A DNA stretch of 64,000 bases from Eubacteriales bacterium. GTDB taxonomy: Bacteria; Bacillota; Clostridia; Oscillospirales; CAG-272. Made by a program: the position numbers and the translations under genes. The notes below the pieces were generated by a model, which ran no database searches, was not told where the DNA came from, and worked only from the letters and a program-made list of their open reading frames with translations. Below are positions 62,928-64,000 of the stretch, piece by piece (within the stretch, counting starts at the first letter, position 1; every line of letters begins with the position of its first letter). Location: the NCBI GenBank assembly GCA_045588245.1, contig JAZNDW010000028.1, forward strand, positions 18,094 through 82,093. Reading direction: 5' to 3'.

Positions 62928-63869
62928 ATGAAAAAACACTTATATGACATTTTAGCCGACGGTGCAACCGCGACGCACGAGCTGATAACGGATGCTATGG
63001 TAGTGCCCGCGGATGCGGGACTTGACAAAGAGCGCATCGCCGCGCTTGCTACGGATAAGCTCGGACTCTCTAAAAGACAGAAGCCGGTATGGTATAAACA
63101 ATACTATAAGCAGCTCGCGGCTGTTGCCGCGTGCTTTGTGCTCGTATTTGCTGTTGTGGTAGCTGTAATGATCAGTGGAGATGTGGGAACATATACGATC
63201 GAAGAGGACATCGTACGCCCTCCGGTGAGGGAAACCGATAATAAGATACACTCAATGCTATTATTTATACCAATTGAGGAATATGCTGAAGTAGCTGATG
63301 CTATAGTAAGGTTAAAAGTTGGGAATTGGCTTGGTGAATCTTATTTCTATGATGAAACATATTATTTCGCTGAAATTATTGACGTTTATAAAGGAGATGT
63401 ACCGGAGAACATTATTTTATCACAGGTGGGTACATCAAGACAAACTCATAGTGGCTTCCCGTTGTTCACTTATGGCGAAGAACTTATTCTTTTTTTGGGA
63501 AAATATGATTCTCCTAAAAATATTACTGAAGGAATGGTCTTAAATGTTGATATTTCCAAATTTGATGTGAATAATATTTACGGAATATACGGCAGATATC
63601 TAAATACATGGAATGTTGCTTCGCTTGACTCGGGAAAATCGTATGTTGTTCCGATGACGCCTGAGACGGTGGAACGTAATGAGCTGGTGAGTACAATGTA
63701 TGGATTGACGAACTATGGTTCGACTTCGCAAAGCGGAATCAATTTAGAAGCAAAAAATGCAGCTCAAAAATTAATCTCTATTGATCCATATGATAATCCG
63801 GGAGAAGAACCTAAATATATGTTTGAGTTGGACGCTTTTGTAGGATACTTAAAGGAGATATCAAAATGA
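62928..63869 (+). CDS. Single-pass membrane protein in the anti-sigma position with an unrecognised extracytoplasmic domain
   Basis: It lies 31 nt downstream of the sigma gene. About 60-aa cytoplasmic N-terminus, TM segment LAAVAACFVLVFAVVVAVMISG, then a 210-aa C-terminal domain with no family recognised. No classical zinc-binding anti-sigma HxxxCxxC motif was seen. Confidence 0.5.
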   Translation: MKKHLYDILADGATATHELITDAMVVPADAGLDKERIAALATDKLGLSKRQKPVWYKQYYKQLAAVAACFVLVFAVVVAVMISGDVGTYTIEEDIVRPPVRETDNKIHSMLLFIPIEEYAEVADAIVRLKVGNWLGESYFYDETYYFAEIIDVYKGDVPENIILSQVGTSRQTHSGFPLFTYGEELILFLGKYDSPKNITEGMVLNVDISKFDVNNIYGIYGRYLNTWNVASLDSGKSYVVPMTPETVERNELVSTMYGLTNYGSTSQSGINLEAKNAAQKLISIDPYDNPGEEPKYMFELDAFVGYLKEISK

Positions 63870-64000
63870 AAAGATGCAAATATGCAAAGAAAATGTTGAT
63901 ATTTATTACTTCGATTGTTTTGTTTATGAGTTGTTACTATGTTGCGGCTGCTCACTCTACAGCACTAATTGACTATTTTGACGGAGAACTTCAAAGCGAT
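63866..64000 (+). CDS. 5' end of a gene for a secreted or lipoprotein-like protein (truncated by the window end)
   Basis: The ATG at 63866 overlaps the upstream stop (ATGA), with AAAGGAG 9 nt upstream. Translation MKRCKYAKKMLIFITSIVLFMSCYYVAAAHS... looks like a signal peptide. The frame stays open to position 64000. Confidence 0.5.
   Translation, partial: MKRCKYAKKMLIFITSIVLFMSCYYVAAAHSTALIDYFDGELQSD

Noticed and set aside
1-64000. Mobile genetic elements, prophage, toxin-antitoxin or defence islands.
   Set aside because: No transposase, integrase, recombinase, phage structural, restriction-modification or Cas-like ORFs and no terminal inverted repeats were seen. The only compositional anomaly is the low-GC tract starting near 63240, and it has no mobility gene within the window.

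Overview
Chromosomal segment from a spore-forming Firmicute, most likely class Clostridia. The taxonomic guess rests on spoIIE, ytvI, the hisZ plus short-hisG arrangement, consensus sigma-A promoters and GGAGG ribosome-binding sites. GC is roughly 50-57% in core genes by hand counts. The window is densely coding, and I saw no CRISPR array, rRNA, transposase or integrase.

Contents in order:
- 3' end of trpB, a class B sortase, an M24 Xaa-Pro peptidase and a 1410-aa multidomain glycoside hydrolase.
- A bioY, oxidoreductase and Eis-like GNAT operon; a MATE pump; GH43 plus a CPBP protease.
- An MBOAT/SGNH-type O-acylation pair, ytvI, spoIIE, hflKC, tadA, a LOG-family protein, an SGNH lipoprotein, RNase Z and clpC.
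- A DUF4097 protein, a VTC-domain plus DUF4956 pair, and a lone tRNA-Gly(CCC).
- An amino-acid ABC transporter plus argF operon with tandem ARG boxes.
- A complete histidine operon (hisZGDCBHAF-IE-K) led by a YerC/TrpR-like gene.
- A 13.6-kb co-directional cell-wall glycopolymer operon (44041-57616, minus strand) with a divergent priming phosphoglycosyltransferase.
- A discoidin-domain anchored protein, a second MATE pump, and an ECF-type sigma / anti-sigma-like pair whose 3' part falls in a low-GC tract running off the window.

The most interesting candidate sits inside the glycopolymer operon. It is a GatZ/KbaZ-family protein, a GatD-like galactitol-1-phosphate 5-dehydrogenase homologue and a TarI/IspD-like cytidylyltransferase, next to TagF-like and LicD-family phosphotransferases and a TagGH-type ABC exporter. 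This gene set suggests a hexitol-phosphate nucleotide donor made from fructose-6-P (CDP-galactitol type) rather than the usual CDP-ribitol or CDP-glycerol route. All functional calls rest on motifs and remembered family signatures; no database search was possible.
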